Part shown: piece by piece, positions 47,944 through 57,802 of the stretch
How the letters are laid out: the number at the start of each line of letters is the position of its first letter
How positions within the stretch are numbered: position 1 is the stretch's first letter
Origin: an uncultured Candidatus Saccharibacteria bacterium
GTDB lineage: Bacteria; Patescibacteriota; Minisyncoccia; Phycocordibacterales; UBA1006
Length of the DNA: 64,000 nt
NCBI GenBank assembly: GCA_964464735.1
Contig: CAYXKF010000002.1
Location: 3,833-67,832 of the forward strand
Direction of reading: 5' to 3'
Notes under the pieces: model-generated
What the model saw: the letters and a program-made list of their open reading frames with translations, nothing else
Told to the model about the DNA's origin: nothing
Database searches by the model: none
Program-made: the position numbers and the translations under genes

Positions 47944-47978
47944 AAAGCAAAACCGGACATAGTGTCCGGTTTTGCTTT
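47944..47978. terminator. bidirectional rho-independent terminator between recA and efp
   Basis: aaagcaaaaccggac-atag-gtccggttttgcttt. Confidence 0.75.
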
Positions 47979-48020
47979 ATCGATAACTTTTGTATTCGCG
48001 TTCGAGGTTCGATATTTTAC

Positions 48021-48611
48021 TTATGCCTTATTTGCGCGTTCAACATATTCGCCTGTTTCGGTGTTTACGACAACCGTATCACCAACATTGATGAACATTG
48101 GAACGGTTACTTTGGCGCCGGTTTCAAGTGTTACCAATTTGTTGCTTCCCGTTGCGCTGTCACCCTTAAAGTTCGGTGGCGCTTCGGTTACACTGAGCTC
48201 AACCTTGTTTGGAAACTTAATACCAACATATTTCTCTTCGTCATCAGCGTTGGTAAAGATAGTCGCCGCAACTGGGGTCTTTTCTTTTAAGTATTTGATC
48301 TGCTCGCCCACGACCTCATGATCAAGAGTAAAGCGGTTTTTTGGATTCGCTTCTTCAGAAAACCACAGTTCTCCATTTTTTGGGTTCGTGTATAAAAACA
48401 CGACCATGCGCTCCATCAAATCAGCCTCGTTTACTTTGTCAGATACCTGAAACGAATGTTCCATAACTGACCCAGTAAATAAGTTACGCAGCTTGGTCTG
48501 GTTAACCGGCTTGCGCTGCTGTTTGCGAAATACCCATGAATCTAATACTTCGTATGGCTGGCCTTCGAACAAGATTACCTTGCGCGGCTTGATTTCGTTA
48601 TATTCCAACAT
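48021..48611 (-). CDS. efp: elongation factor P
   Basis: EF-P N-terminal KOW-like and two OB domains; 196 aa. Confidence 0.85.
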   Translation of the reverse strand: MLEYNEIKPRKVILFEGQPYEVLDSWVFRKQQRKPVNQTKLRNLFTGSVMEHSFQVSDKVNEADLMERMVVFLYTNPKNGELWFSEEANPKNRFTLDHEVVGEQIKYLKEKTPVAATIFTNADDEEKYVGIKFPNKVELSVTEAPPNFKGDSATGSNKLVTLETGAKVTVPMFINVGDTVVVNTETGEYVERANKA

Positions 48612-48623
48612 ACGTCAGTTTAA

Positions 48624-48836
48624 TTATGCTTCGATGTACGCAAGCAATCCCATAAAGCGTGCGCGCTTAATGGCAAGTGCCAGCGCGCGTTGTTTTTTGC
48701 TTGAAACTCCGCTTCGCTTGCGAGGCATGATTTTGCCGGTTGGCGAAAGGAACTTGCGCAGCAATTCGATATCCTTGAAATCGACGTGCTTGATGTTGTT
48801 TGTCTTAAAGTAGCATTGTGCTCCTGCTTTGTTCAT
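48624..48836 (-). CDS. rpsR: 30S ribosomal protein S18
   Basis: 'YFKTNNIKHVDFKDIELLRKFLSPTGKIMPRKRSGVSSKKQRALALAIKRARFMGLL'. Confidence 0.9.
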   Translation of the reverse strand: MNKAGAQCYFKTNNIKHVDFKDIELLRKFLSPTGKIMPRKRSGVSSKKQRALALAIKRARFMGLLAYIEA

Positions 48837-48848
48837 AGTTAATTATAG

Positions 48849-49304
48849 TTAAAATGGAATGTCTTCCGGATTAATGTCCTCGTCTGGGTATTCGATCGTT
48901 TCGACTTCGTCAGATTGCGCTTTTGGTTTTGAAGCCGAAGCAGATCCTGATGAAGCGCCGCCTTCGCCTGGGCCACGAGTGTTTCCAAATTGAACGCTCT
49001 CGGCAATGATTTCGGTGCGATATTTTTTAGAACCGTCCTGGGCATCCCAGCTGCGGGTCGTAATACGCCCTTCAATCAATACATTGCTTCCTTTTTTAAG
49101 AAACCTTGCCGAGCTGTCAGCCTGCGGTCCGTACACCACAATGTTGTGATATTCGGTCTGCTCTTTGCGCTCGCCAGTTTTTGCATCCTTCCAGTAGCGG
49201 TTTGTCGCCAAACTAAAATTCGTTACTTTGGTTCCTGATGGAAGCGACTTAAGTTCTGGGTCGCGGGTAAGGTTTCCGATCAAATACACTTTGTTAAGAT
49301 ACAT
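48849..49304 (-). CDS. ssb: single-stranded DNA-binding protein
   Basis: OB-fold 'NKVYLIGNLTRDPELK' and an acidic 'DIPF' C-terminus. Confidence 0.9.
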   Translation of the reverse strand: MYLNKVYLIGNLTRDPELKSLPSGTKVTNFSLATNRYWKDAKTGERKEQTEYHNIVVYGPQADSSARFLKKGSNVLIEGRITTRSWDAQDGSKKYRTEIIAESVQFGNTRGPGEGGASSGSASASKPKAQSDEVETIEYPDEDINPEDIPF

Positions 49305-49324
49305 ACGAGGTTTAGAGTGAATTA

Positions 49325-49822
49325 CTATTCAATGTTGGCAAGCTCGTCGATCTGCTTGTCAACGGTTTGGATGTCGATCGGCTTTGCCTCTTCGGTCGCC
49401 GTCTCTCCTCCTTCAATTGTATCACGAGCCTTGCTTGGGCGCGATGATGGCGCACGACGAGGCTTTTTTTGTGCACGCGTATCTTCGCGGACAGTCGTGA
49501 TCGAAAGGTAGCGAAGTACCGCCGCATGCGCATCAAAGGCAGCGTTAATTGCCGCAATGCGATCAGGTGTTACATCAAACTTGATCCATCCAAAATACCC
49601 TTGGGTAAAGGTCTTCGGAACATTGTCGATCACTTTGCGCATTGGGTAGGCCAATGTCATTAACCGTGCAGCTTCTTCCATAATTGGAAGACCTGTTTGG
49701 TCGGTAATAATTTTTCGAAGCGCATCAGTGGCTTGCACTGATTCTTCTTCTGAAAGCGTCGGAAGTAGCAAATAACTGACTTCGTAGACGCGCGGGTCTT
49801 TATACTGTACTTCTTGTGACAT
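49325..49822 (-). CDS. rpsF: 30S ribosomal protein S6 (with C-terminal extension)
   Basis: 'YEVSYLL.P' S6 start; first gene of the rpsF-ssb-rpsR unit. Confidence 0.8.
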   Translation of the reverse strand: MSQEVQYKDPRVYEVSYLLLPTLSEEESVQATDALRKIITDQTGLPIMEEAARLMTLAYPMRKVIDNVPKTFTQGYFGWIKFDVTPDRIAAINAAFDAHAAVLRYLSITTVREDTRAQKKPRRAPSSRPSKARDTIEGGETATEEAKPIDIQTVDKQIDELANIE

Positions 49823-49953
49823 AGTACGTTTTAGTGTGAGTTACCCCACATTATGATTAATTCCCCTGCTGCGGCGCAAGAATACGACGCACTGGACTAA
49901 TGGCAGAGGTATCAAGGATATTACTGAAAAATGGCAATTTGTCAAAGGCCGTT

Positions 49954-50829
49954 TTAATTAAAAATCTTGGCAAAGTCGACACCAAAAAATCGTTTATTTG
50001 TTTCAAGAATTTTAAGGGCTAATGTATCAGGATCTTCCCCCCGGACCCTTGCGATATGCTCGACAATATATCGGACATACGATGGTTCGTTTCGTTTGCC
50101 GCGATGCGGAGCCGGAGTTAGGTATGGACAGTCAGTTTCGACCATAAACTTATCAGCTGGAACCCATTTTATGACTTCGTCATATTGAGATGCAAATGTA
50201 ACAATCCCCGTAAACGAAATTGTGCAGCCAAGTTCAATAAATTTTTTGGCAGTTTCAAGTGAGCCAGTAAAACAATGCACATTTGCGCGCAAATCTGGAT
50301 ACGTAATTTTATATTCAGCAAGGATTTTTATGACATCCTCGTATGCATTTTGCGTATCCTTTGTTGGTCGCACATGCAGCATCAATGGCAAATTATGCAT
50401 CAATGCAAAATCAAGTTGATCGCGGAATATTTTTTCTTGCACTACGCAGGTTGTATCCTCAACGCGATAATAATCTAATCCGCACTCACCGACCGCAATT
50501 ACTTTTGACGTCAATATTTTTTCGTATTGGGCCGCGTCAAAAACTTCGGCACGCGAAACAAATTCGTCTCCACCCTCGCCGATCTCGGCTTCATCATGAT
50601 GGCATTTTGCCGTATGGATCGGATGCAGTCCAATGCAGCTAAATACATGCGGATATTTTTGTGCAAGCTCGATTGTTTTTCTTGAAGTATCCAACTGCGT
50701 CCCGACATTAATAAGCGCAACGTTTTGTTCGCGAGCGCGCTGCAATACCGCATCATAATCGTCGGCAAAAACCGCAAAGTTCACATGCGCATGAATATCA
50801 ACAACCGGGATTTTAGGATCCATATCCAA
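49954..50829 (-). CDS. TatD-family metal-dependent deoxyribonuclease/hydrolase
   Basis: 'VVDIHAHV' and His/Asp/Glu spacing of the TatD fold. Confidence 0.65.
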   Translation of the reverse strand: MDMDPKIPVVDIHAHVNFAVFADDYDAVLQRAREQNVALINVGTQLDTSRKTIELAQKYPHVFSCIGLHPIHTAKCHHDEAEIGEGGDEFVSRAEVFDAAQYEKILTSKVIAVGECGLDYYRVEDTTCVVQEKIFRDQLDFALMHNLPLMLHVRPTKDTQNAYEDVIKILAEYKITYPDLRANVHCFTGSLETAKKFIELGCTISFTGIVTFASQYDEVIKWVPADKFMVETDCPYLTPAPHRGKRNEPSYVRYIVEHIARVRGEDPDTLALKILETNKRFFGVDFAKIFN

Positions 50830-50999
50830 ATATCATAGCATGATGTTCACATATTCCGAAAATATCCCCGTACAGCCTTTTCCAAGGGCTCGCCGGAAGG
50901 GCTTGGCCCTGAGGCAAACGATTTTTGCCAGTAGGAAAATATTCGGGTCCTTGGAAAAGGTTGTATAAAAACTGTCCCTTGGATTTTACTCCCCCCTAG

Positions 51000-51581
51000 A
51001 TGCTATACTATCGACATATGAACGACTTTTTAAAACACTTTCCAGCCTATCTTACCCGCACCATATTAGTAATTTGTTTTTTGGTGCTGGTAACCACTTT
51101 TACCACTCGGTTATTCCAACTTGTATTTCATAAACCTGAATACAACGCGTTTTGCCCCGATAGCCTATATTCAAAACAATACACAAACGAAGCAAACTGC
51201 ATTGCCGACGGCGGACAATGGTCGCCATACGCAGTAGCACCAATGCAAGTTGACGAAGTACGTCCTGCAAAGGACGCTGTGACGGGATCATGCAACATTA
51301 CCTATACCTGCAACAAGCAATACGAAGAAGCAAACAAAATATTTGAACGAAACATGTTTATCGCGACCGTCGCGATTGGACTTGCACTACTACTGATCAG
51401 CACGTTTATCGCGATGCGCTTACTATCAATTGCCCTTATGGTTTCGGGCGGATTCATTGCCATCTTTGGTGCGCTGCGCTATTTTGGCAACGTACCCGAA
51501 CTGGTGCGCGTCATCTTCTTAGGAATTGGCATCGCAATTTTAGTTTACATTATCGTCAAACGGCAAAACAAGGCTGATTAG
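51000..51581 (+). CDS. integral membrane protein with Cys-containing extracytoplasmic loop, function unknown
   Basis: 193 aa; 1 + 3 TM. Confidence 0.35.
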   Translation: MLYYRHMNDFLKHFPAYLTRTILVICFLVLVTTFTTRLFQLVFHKPEYNAFCPDSLYSKQYTNEANCIADGGQWSPYAVAPMQVDEVRPAKDAVTGSCNITYTCNKQYEEANKIFERNMFIATVAIGLALLLISTFIAMRLLSIALMVSGGFIAIFGALRYFGNVPELVRVIFLGIGIAILVYIIVKRQNKAD

Positions 51582-53191
51582 TTTTTTCGAAGCGTAATAG
51601 TAAAGGTTGAACCTTGTGCCAAACCAGGCGAGGTTACAGTAACGGTACCTCCATGCATTTCAATTACCTGTTTTACCAAATACAATCCTAATCCCGACCC
51701 CCCGCTTGCCTTTTTACCCGCTTCGCCACGTACAAATTTTGCAAACAATTTTGGCAATTCTGCCGATGGGATACCTGCACCAGTATCCGAAATAGCAATC
51801 GTGATTGTCGACATATCATCATGCAGCGAAACCTTAACCGACCCGACTGGCGTATATTTGATCGCATTATCAACCAAATTGATGATGGCTTGTTGAAGTT
51901 TTGTTTCGTCGCCCATATACGTTAACGGATGAGCAGTTGGGGCAATGTCAGAAATAAGCGCAAGACCCTTATGAGTTGCAACAATGGCAAACTCGTCAAC
52001 CACCTTGCGCACCAATTTTTCAATATCAATGGCCGTTTTATTAAGCGCTAACTTACCTTGATCGATCTTTGAGGTATCAAGCAAATCACCGACTACACGA
52101 ATAAGATCATTAACTGTTGTACCAATATGATACAAGGTCTTTGCCTGCAAGTCGGTCAGATTTTGCACGCCGGCATCCTGCACCGCTTCGACTCCCCATT
52201 TAATTGACGTAAGAGGGCTTCGCAACTGGTGAGTCGCAAGCGATAAAAATTCGTTTTTCTGTTGGTTTAAGTCAGCCAACCGCACGTTAAGATCCTCAAT
52301 ATTTTTTTGATGCGCATGTTCGCGGCCGACCTGCTTGGCCAACGTATATGCAATTAACAGCGCCAACAGCAGTGTTATGGCATTAAGGATATAACCGGTC
52401 GTATCACGGATAAACAAAAATTGCGACGCCACCAGAATAATAAACGAAAAGACGCCGACCTGTATGCCGTATTCGCTAATCTTAAATAAGTTGCCGCGCA
52501 CAATCACAAACAAAATCATCAAAAGCGATATTGGAAGTGCAAACAATCCATACAATCCGATTTCGTAAATGCCGGTTAATGAAGAAATATGGTCGGTGAT
52601 TGAAAAGACCGCCAAAAATGTGACCAGTGACAAAGCTACCATGGCAATCTGGGCACGCTCGACATGTTTAGTTACAAATAACTTGATCGCACCGACAACT
52701 ACCCACAATACTGTCAGTATTTCGACGGTAAATTTGTAATAGGTTAACAGCGCACCGTTTGCGACTTCGCAATATGCGTACGACAATTCGCCAACTGACA
52801 AACCCATGATATTTATTACAAACGGAACCATCGCGACAATACCTAACCCCCAAGCAAGTTTTTTTGATCCTCCAACTTCAGAGGTCAGCGTATTGAAAAA
52901 GTATACCGCCGCCAAGCAAAACAAGACATTAATAAAATCCAAAAGTGACCATATAGCATATACCGCAATATAGTCAGGCATCACCCAAAGCAGCAGGTCG
53001 CCCAACAGCCACAGTGAAAATAAAAATCCGAACCATGAGAACACTCGGATGCGCGGCGCTGATCCTTTAACCAGCGCAAAGATGATGATCAATAGTGTCA
53101 GTGCCAATGGAACCAGGTGCGTATAATACGCGACCGTATGGTAAGCAGCGGTCGTTGCAGTACACGTATTGATCAAAAATTGCATGGGCAT
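51578..53191 (-). CDS. sensor histidine kinase (multi-TM sensor region, HisKA + HATPase_c)
   Basis: About 7 TM N-terminal, H-box 'LATHQLRSPLTSI', N-box 'LVDNAIKYT', G-boxes 'ISDTGAGIP' and 'GGSGLGL'. Confidence 0.85.
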   Translation of the reverse strand: MPMQFLINTCTATTAAYHTVAYYTHLVPLALTLLIIIFALVKGSAPRIRVFSWFGFLFSLWLLGDLLLWVMPDYIAVYAIWSLLDFINVLFCLAAVYFFNTLTSEVGGSKKLAWGLGIVAMVPFVINIMGLSVGELSYAYCEVANGALLTYYKFTVEILTVLWVVVGAIKLFVTKHVERAQIAMVALSLVTFLAVFSITDHISSLTGIYEIGLYGLFALPISLLMILFVIVRGNLFKISEYGIQVGVFSFIILVASQFLFIRDTTGYILNAITLLLALLIAYTLAKQVGREHAHQKNIEDLNVRLADLNQQKNEFLSLATHQLRSPLTSIKWGVEAVQDAGVQNLTDLQAKTLYHIGTTVNDLIRVVGDLLDTSKIDQGKLALNKTAIDIEKLVRKVVDEFAIVATHKGLALISDIAPTAHPLTYMGDETKLQQAIINLVDNAIKYTPVGSVKVSLHDDMSTITIAISDTGAGIPSAELPKLFAKFVRGEAGKKASGGSGLGLYLVKQVIEMHGGTVTVTSPGLAQGSTFTITLRKN

Positions 53192-53194
53192 ATA

Positions 53195-54022
53195 TTATAC
53201 CGTATCAGGCATTAAAAAGTTTCCTTCGGGATAGTAATACCAAAAATGATCCGCTGCATCTTCGGCAGGCAGCAATCGGACAATAAGGGGCTTAAGGCCA
53301 AATTCGGCCTGGACTTCGGTGAACGCTGGCAAAAATACGTTGTCGATGAACGGGCGCTCGACCGCATCTTCGGGGGTAAATGTTTCAACCAGTACGCCAA
53401 AACAAATAAACAGCGCCAAGAATTTTTTGTAATACAACTGCGCGCTGTCTCCCCAATCGGCAAAAACTGCGCTGGCATCAAACAGCGACGGCGCAAATTC
53501 GGGATACAACCGCAAAAATATCTTGTGATGAAAATCAATCAACGTTTTACCATCGATCGTATGCACATCACGGATCAACTTGCCGTTTGAAGCATTAAAG
53601 TCAATGATCGTATGATGTTCAATTTTTTCGCCGCCATTTTTACCTGTACCACAATAGACATGGCATTTGCCCAGCATATGCTTGGCAGGATTATTGCTGG
53701 TAAACTTGTCGTCAAAATATTCAAAAAATACCGGTCGCATTGAAGCGTTTTGGGTAAACGAAATAAAGCGACTATTTTCAAAGTTAGGCGTTGCAACGTG
53801 CCGAAACGAAACGCCGACCGGTTCGTGCAATATGTACGGGATCTTTGAGAGCGTATCAAGCCCGATGTATTCAGTAACGCGTTTTTTAAGTTCGGTATCC
53901 AAGTAGCGTTTTCGCACTTCGGTAACCGCATCCTCGACTTGCGTATACACTTCTGCGTCAAATGCTGATAGCGAATCAGGGGACATATGTATTATAGTTG
54001 GCACTCGCCTGCTTCGACGCAT
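53195..54022 (-). CDS. hypothetical cytoplasmic protein
   Basis: 275-aa ORF; no motif recognised. Confidence 0.3.
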   Translation of the reverse strand: MRRSRRVPTIIHMSPDSLSAFDAEVYTQVEDAVTEVRKRYLDTELKKRVTEYIGLDTLSKIPYILHEPVGVSFRHVATPNFENSRFISFTQNASMRPVFFEYFDDKFTSNNPAKHMLGKCHVYCGTGKNGGEKIEHHTIIDFNASNGKLIRDVHTIDGKTLIDFHHKIFLRLYPEFAPSLFDASAVFADWGDSAQLYYKKFLALFICFGVLVETFTPEDAVERPFIDNVFLPAFTEVQAEFGLKPLIVRLLPAEDAADHFWYYYPEGNFLMPDTV

Positions 54023-54276
54023 CGCGCAAACATTTTTCCGTCGATTGTTTCGTTGCGAACCAGCGCCCTTTCACCTTCGATGCATCCGATCAGTTGAGTA
54101 TATATATCGTCGCAATCAATTACTTCACACGGATTCGTAAGCATGCACGGTGTCGGTACCGTAACCAAAAAATCCTTATGGACACCAAAGCGTACCAACG
54201 CACCGATGACAGCCACAACAAGCAACGTTGCAGTAAATACGATAAATAATGACCCGTTCGAAGGAGTGCCTTCCAT
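53992..54276 (-). CDS. small membrane-anchored Cys-rich protein
   Basis: 94 aa; one TM; 7 Cys in the C-terminal half. Confidence 0.3.
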   Translation of the reverse strand: MEGTPSNGSLFIVFTATLLVVAVIGALVRFGVHKDFLVTVPTPCMLTNPCEVIDCDDIYTQLIGCIEGERALVRNETIDGKMFARCVEAGECQL

Positions 54277-54299
54277 AGGGTAAGTATACCACCTTAGGA

Positions 54300-55220
54300 T
54301 TATAAAAGCAGGTAAGTTCCGACGATTAAAAGTATTGCGCCGATGATTTTAAGGGCAATATGCCGGCGGGTTTTTTCGACAGTAAAATACTTAGGCGCAA
54401 AGTATGCCATCGGGATCGTCATTAAATAGACAATAAGAGGTTGGTATCCTTCGATGCTGGTAACAAGGGCAACGGGGGCCATAAGGATGGCAAGAAATTT
54501 AAGCGCATTTCCGGCAATAGTCGCAAGCTCGCTTCCAAAATTTATGATAAAAAGCGCGCTCCCCTTTTGATACAACATCCCAAAAAAATCTTTGCGAAAT
54601 TTGGGAACAATAAACAATAGCGACGCGACAATTCCTGAACCAATATGGCTTACGCCAAGCGTAGCTAAAAAGTGCGCACTAGTGCCCGATCCTTTTTTAA
54701 AAATGATATCTGCCAACACTAAAAGTAAGCTTGCTAAAACCATCCCACGGATCATCTTCCACGGAATATGGTGCGTTTTAGTTTCTTCATGGTAATGCAC
54801 CGAGAAAAATAACGCGCCAGCAAGAATAACAACGATTCCTAAAACCTGCAAAAGGGTCAGTACTTCACCCAAAATAAGAAATCCTCCTATGTATCCAAAG
54901 ACAGGCATCAACAAAAACCAGGCGGTCACGCTTGAAGCTTCAGCATGGAGCAATGCATTAAGATAAAACCAAATTGCAACCACCTGAAGAGCACCCGAGG
55001 CAACAAGTAAAAGGAGCGATGACCCCGAAAGCGTTGCAATATTAACAGCTTGAATTGCGACAATAATACCGCCCACAATAAACAAACATGGGCCGGTAAA
55101 CATAAGCAGTGCTTCGTTTGACGATTCGCCCGCCTTAAATTTTTTTACTAAATACTGATCGGCCAAGTTAACCGCCGCCCAGATAATATGTGCACTCATT
55201 GCAACAAGAAACCAGCTCAT
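54300..55220 (-). CDS. EamA/DMT-superfamily transporter
   Basis: 306 aa, 10 TM, duplicated EamA-like halves. Confidence 0.55.
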   Translation of the reverse strand: MSWFLVAMSAHIIWAAVNLADQYLVKKFKAGESSNEALLMFTGPCLFIVGGIIVAIQAVNIATLSGSSLLLLVASGALQVVAIWFYLNALLHAEASSVTAWFLLMPVFGYIGGFLILGEVLTLLQVLGIVVILAGALFFSVHYHEETKTHHIPWKMIRGMVLASLLLVLADIIFKKGSGTSAHFLATLGVSHIGSGIVASLLFIVPKFRKDFFGMLYQKGSALFIINFGSELATIAGNALKFLAILMAPVALVTSIEGYQPLIVYLMTIPMAYFAPKYFTVEKTRRHIALKIIGAILLIVGTYLLL

Positions 55221-55222
55221 AG

Positions 55223-56692
55223 TTATTCTTTACGCAAGAAAAGTGGCGTTTCGGGTTTTTTGCTTTCTTTAATCAATGCTTTTAATTTCGCATTGGTCTC
55301 GGGCATTAAAGGATTTAGCATTCTGGCGATGGTATAGAGTTCGATGACAAGTTCCGAGATCAGCGTTTTTCCGGCTTCAAGATCAATCTTTACTAATTTA
55401 AACGGTTCAGTTGATTGGATTTTTTTATCAAGCGACTGCGCGGCTTCCCAGACAAAGTTTGTTGCACCAGCGATATCAAATGCATTCAAGCGGTCAAAAA
55501 ATTCTTGCGGGATTGACTGCTCGGGGATCGATGGACATGCGTCAAGGTATTTTTCAGACAAAGCCAAAATGCGTGATGCAAGATTCCCTAACCCGTTTGC
55601 CAAGTGAGCATTATATGCGGCCTTAAAACGATCGATGGTAAACGGACTGTCTTCGAAATTCCCCACTTCTTTTGCCAAAAACAATCGCAGTGCATCAGTG
55701 CCATATTCAGCGACAATATCTGACGGGTTCACAACATTACCCAATGTCTTTGACATTTTTACTCCACCATCGGCCGTAATGTAACCATTGATGATAATTT
55801 GCTTTGAATTAGGCACGCCTGCTGCCATAAGCATCGCTTGCCACATAGCGCTTTGAAAGCGCAAATTGCCCTTGCCGCAGTATTGGATCGGATTTCCGCC
55901 AAGCCAGTATTTTTGAAACTTTTCACTTTTAACCAAAGCGTCAACGGTTTCAATGCCATCGTCAGCCAATGTTGATATGTAGTTAACCAGCGCGTCAAAC
56001 CATACATACATGACATGATCAGAATCGTTAGGAACAATAATTCCCCACGGCATTTTTGTCTTTAACCGCGAGATCGAAAAATCCTCAAGACCGCGCGCTA
56101 CAAACGATTTAATTTCGTTAAAGCGAAAATCCGGCACGACAAAGTTTGGATTTGCTTCGTATAAATCAAGGAGTTTTTGCTGGAATACCGAATACTTGAA
56201 AAAGTAATTCTCTTCATCGATAAGTTCAAGTTGCTTGCCGGGGTGTTCAGGACACTGCCCGTCAACCAAGTCAGAGTCGGTTTTTTCTTCCTCACACCCA
56301 ACGCAATATTTTGCTTGATAGGTTTTTTTGTAAATGTACCCGCCATCAAAGCAGCGCATCCAAAAATCCTGGGCGATTTTTTCGTGCCGTGCATCGGTGG
56401 TGCGAATAAAATGCACGTCGTCGATCATGCCAAAAATATGAACCGAATTCTTAAACTCTTCGAAACTTTGATCGACAAATGCCTGGGGTTCTATCCCCTT
56501 TTCTTTCGCCTTTTCAAAGATCTTCATGCCGTGTTCGTCAGTGCCGGTATTAAAGTATACATCAAAACCCTGCAATAACTTTGCACGCGCAATAATGTCG
56601 GCACGAATGAATTCAAGCGCATGGCCCATATGCAGTTGGGCGTTCACATACGGCAGTGTTGTCGTAATATACTGTACTTTTTTGTCTTCCAT
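55223..56692 (-). CDS. metG: methionine--tRNA ligase
   Basis: 'PYVNAQLHMGHA' HIGH motif, zinc knuckle 'CVGCEE...CPEH', 'KMSKTLGN' KMSKS motif. Confidence 0.9.
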   Translation of the reverse strand: MEDKKVQYITTTLPYVNAQLHMGHALEFIRADIIARAKLLQGFDVYFNTGTDEHGMKIFEKAKEKGIEPQAFVDQSFEEFKNSVHIFGMIDDVHFIRTTDARHEKIAQDFWMRCFDGGYIYKKTYQAKYCVGCEEEKTDSDLVDGQCPEHPGKQLELIDEENYFFKYSVFQQKLLDLYEANPNFVVPDFRFNEIKSFVARGLEDFSISRLKTKMPWGIIVPNDSDHVMYVWFDALVNYISTLADDGIETVDALVKSEKFQKYWLGGNPIQYCGKGNLRFQSAMWQAMLMAAGVPNSKQIIINGYITADGGVKMSKTLGNVVNPSDIVAEYGTDALRLFLAKEVGNFEDSPFTIDRFKAAYNAHLANGLGNLASRILALSEKYLDACPSIPEQSIPQEFFDRLNAFDIAGATNFVWEAAQSLDKKIQSTEPFKLVKIDLEAGKTLISELVIELYTIARMLNPLMPETNAKLKALIKESKKPETPLFLRKE

Positions 56693-56695
56693 ACA

Positions 56696-57763
56696 TTAGG
56701 CGCTGTGCATTGGTTCGCGTTCACGCTTTTCAAGCATCAGCATTTGCTGGCGGTCATATTCGTTCATGCATTCAATAATAATGATACAAGCAGGTAATGC
56801 CAAAACAAGGCCAAAAAATCCAAGCAGCGTCACGCCGATGACCGCCGAGATAAGCACGATAAGCGACGGTACGCCCGTAACGCTTTTCATAATAACCGGC
56901 TGCAGCACGTAATTTTCAAGCTGCTGCAATAATGTATAGTATCCCATCACTAAAAGCCCTAATGTCACGCCGCCGCCGAGCGTTGCCACGACTGCAGCCG
57001 GAATAGTGGCGATAACGATACCGTACGGGATCAGGCTAAAGACCAAGGCGGTAATCGAAAGCAACAGCGCATAGGGTACACCCATGATCAACAAGCCAAT
57101 GTATGTTGCGATTGCCAAAATAGTTGCCGACAGTAATTGGCCGCGAAACCAGGCCATGATGCGCACCTTTGATCGTTTCCAAATCCCCAGCACACGCTCT
57201 TCATACGTATGCGGCGCTAAGATCATTAAAAACTGGTCGACGCTTTTATGCTGGATCGAAAAGTAGAATGACATCACAACCAAAAGACCAAAGTTTAAGA
57301 TACCGCCGAAAATCTGACTAAACGAACTGACGATCCCTTGAGTTGTAAGCGATGAACGAATGCTGGTGATAACTTGCAGCGGCGCATCGTTATGCAGCAG
57401 CGACGATTTAACAGCCGAAATGTTTTCAAAAACCGCACCCAAACTTGAAAGAAAATCATTTTGCGGAAACAGCTGCGCGATCGAAATTAATTCCTCGATA
57501 AAGATTGGTATCAAAAGATACAACAAGCCGATCAAAATACCAAAACCAGCAACATATACCAAAATCACTCCGACTATCCGCGGAATCTTAATGCGCTCGA
57601 GCTTAAGCACGGCAGCTTCGACAAATACCGAGATCAACAGCGCGACCGCGATCAGCAAAAAAACACCGCGCAGCTGCCACGCCATGTACGCAAGCGCAGC
57701 AACAATGGCCGCATAAACGAAAGTGCGGGGGCGGATGTCAAAGACGGTCTGGATGCGTTCCAT
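56696..57763 (-). CDS. AI-2E (PerM/UPF0118) family transporter
   Basis: 355 aa, 7-8 TM with a large central loop. Confidence 0.5.
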   Translation of the reverse strand: MERIQTVFDIRPRTFVYAAIVAALAYMAWQLRGVFLLIAVALLISVFVEAAVLKLERIKIPRIVGVILVYVAGFGILIGLLYLLIPIFIEELISIAQLFPQNDFLSSLGAVFENISAVKSSLLHNDAPLQVITSIRSSLTTQGIVSSFSQIFGGILNFGLLVVMSFYFSIQHKSVDQFLMILAPHTYEERVLGIWKRSKVRIMAWFRGQLLSATILAIATYIGLLIMGVPYALLLSITALVFSLIPYGIVIATIPAAVVATLGGGVTLGLLVMGYYTLLQQLENYVLQPVIMKSVTGVPSLIVLISAVIGVTLLGFFGLVLALPACIIIIECMNEYDRQQMLMLEKREREPMHSA

Positions 57764-57802
57764 GCAGCCAGTGTAGCATAAAAATATTCAGATAAAAGGG
57801 TT

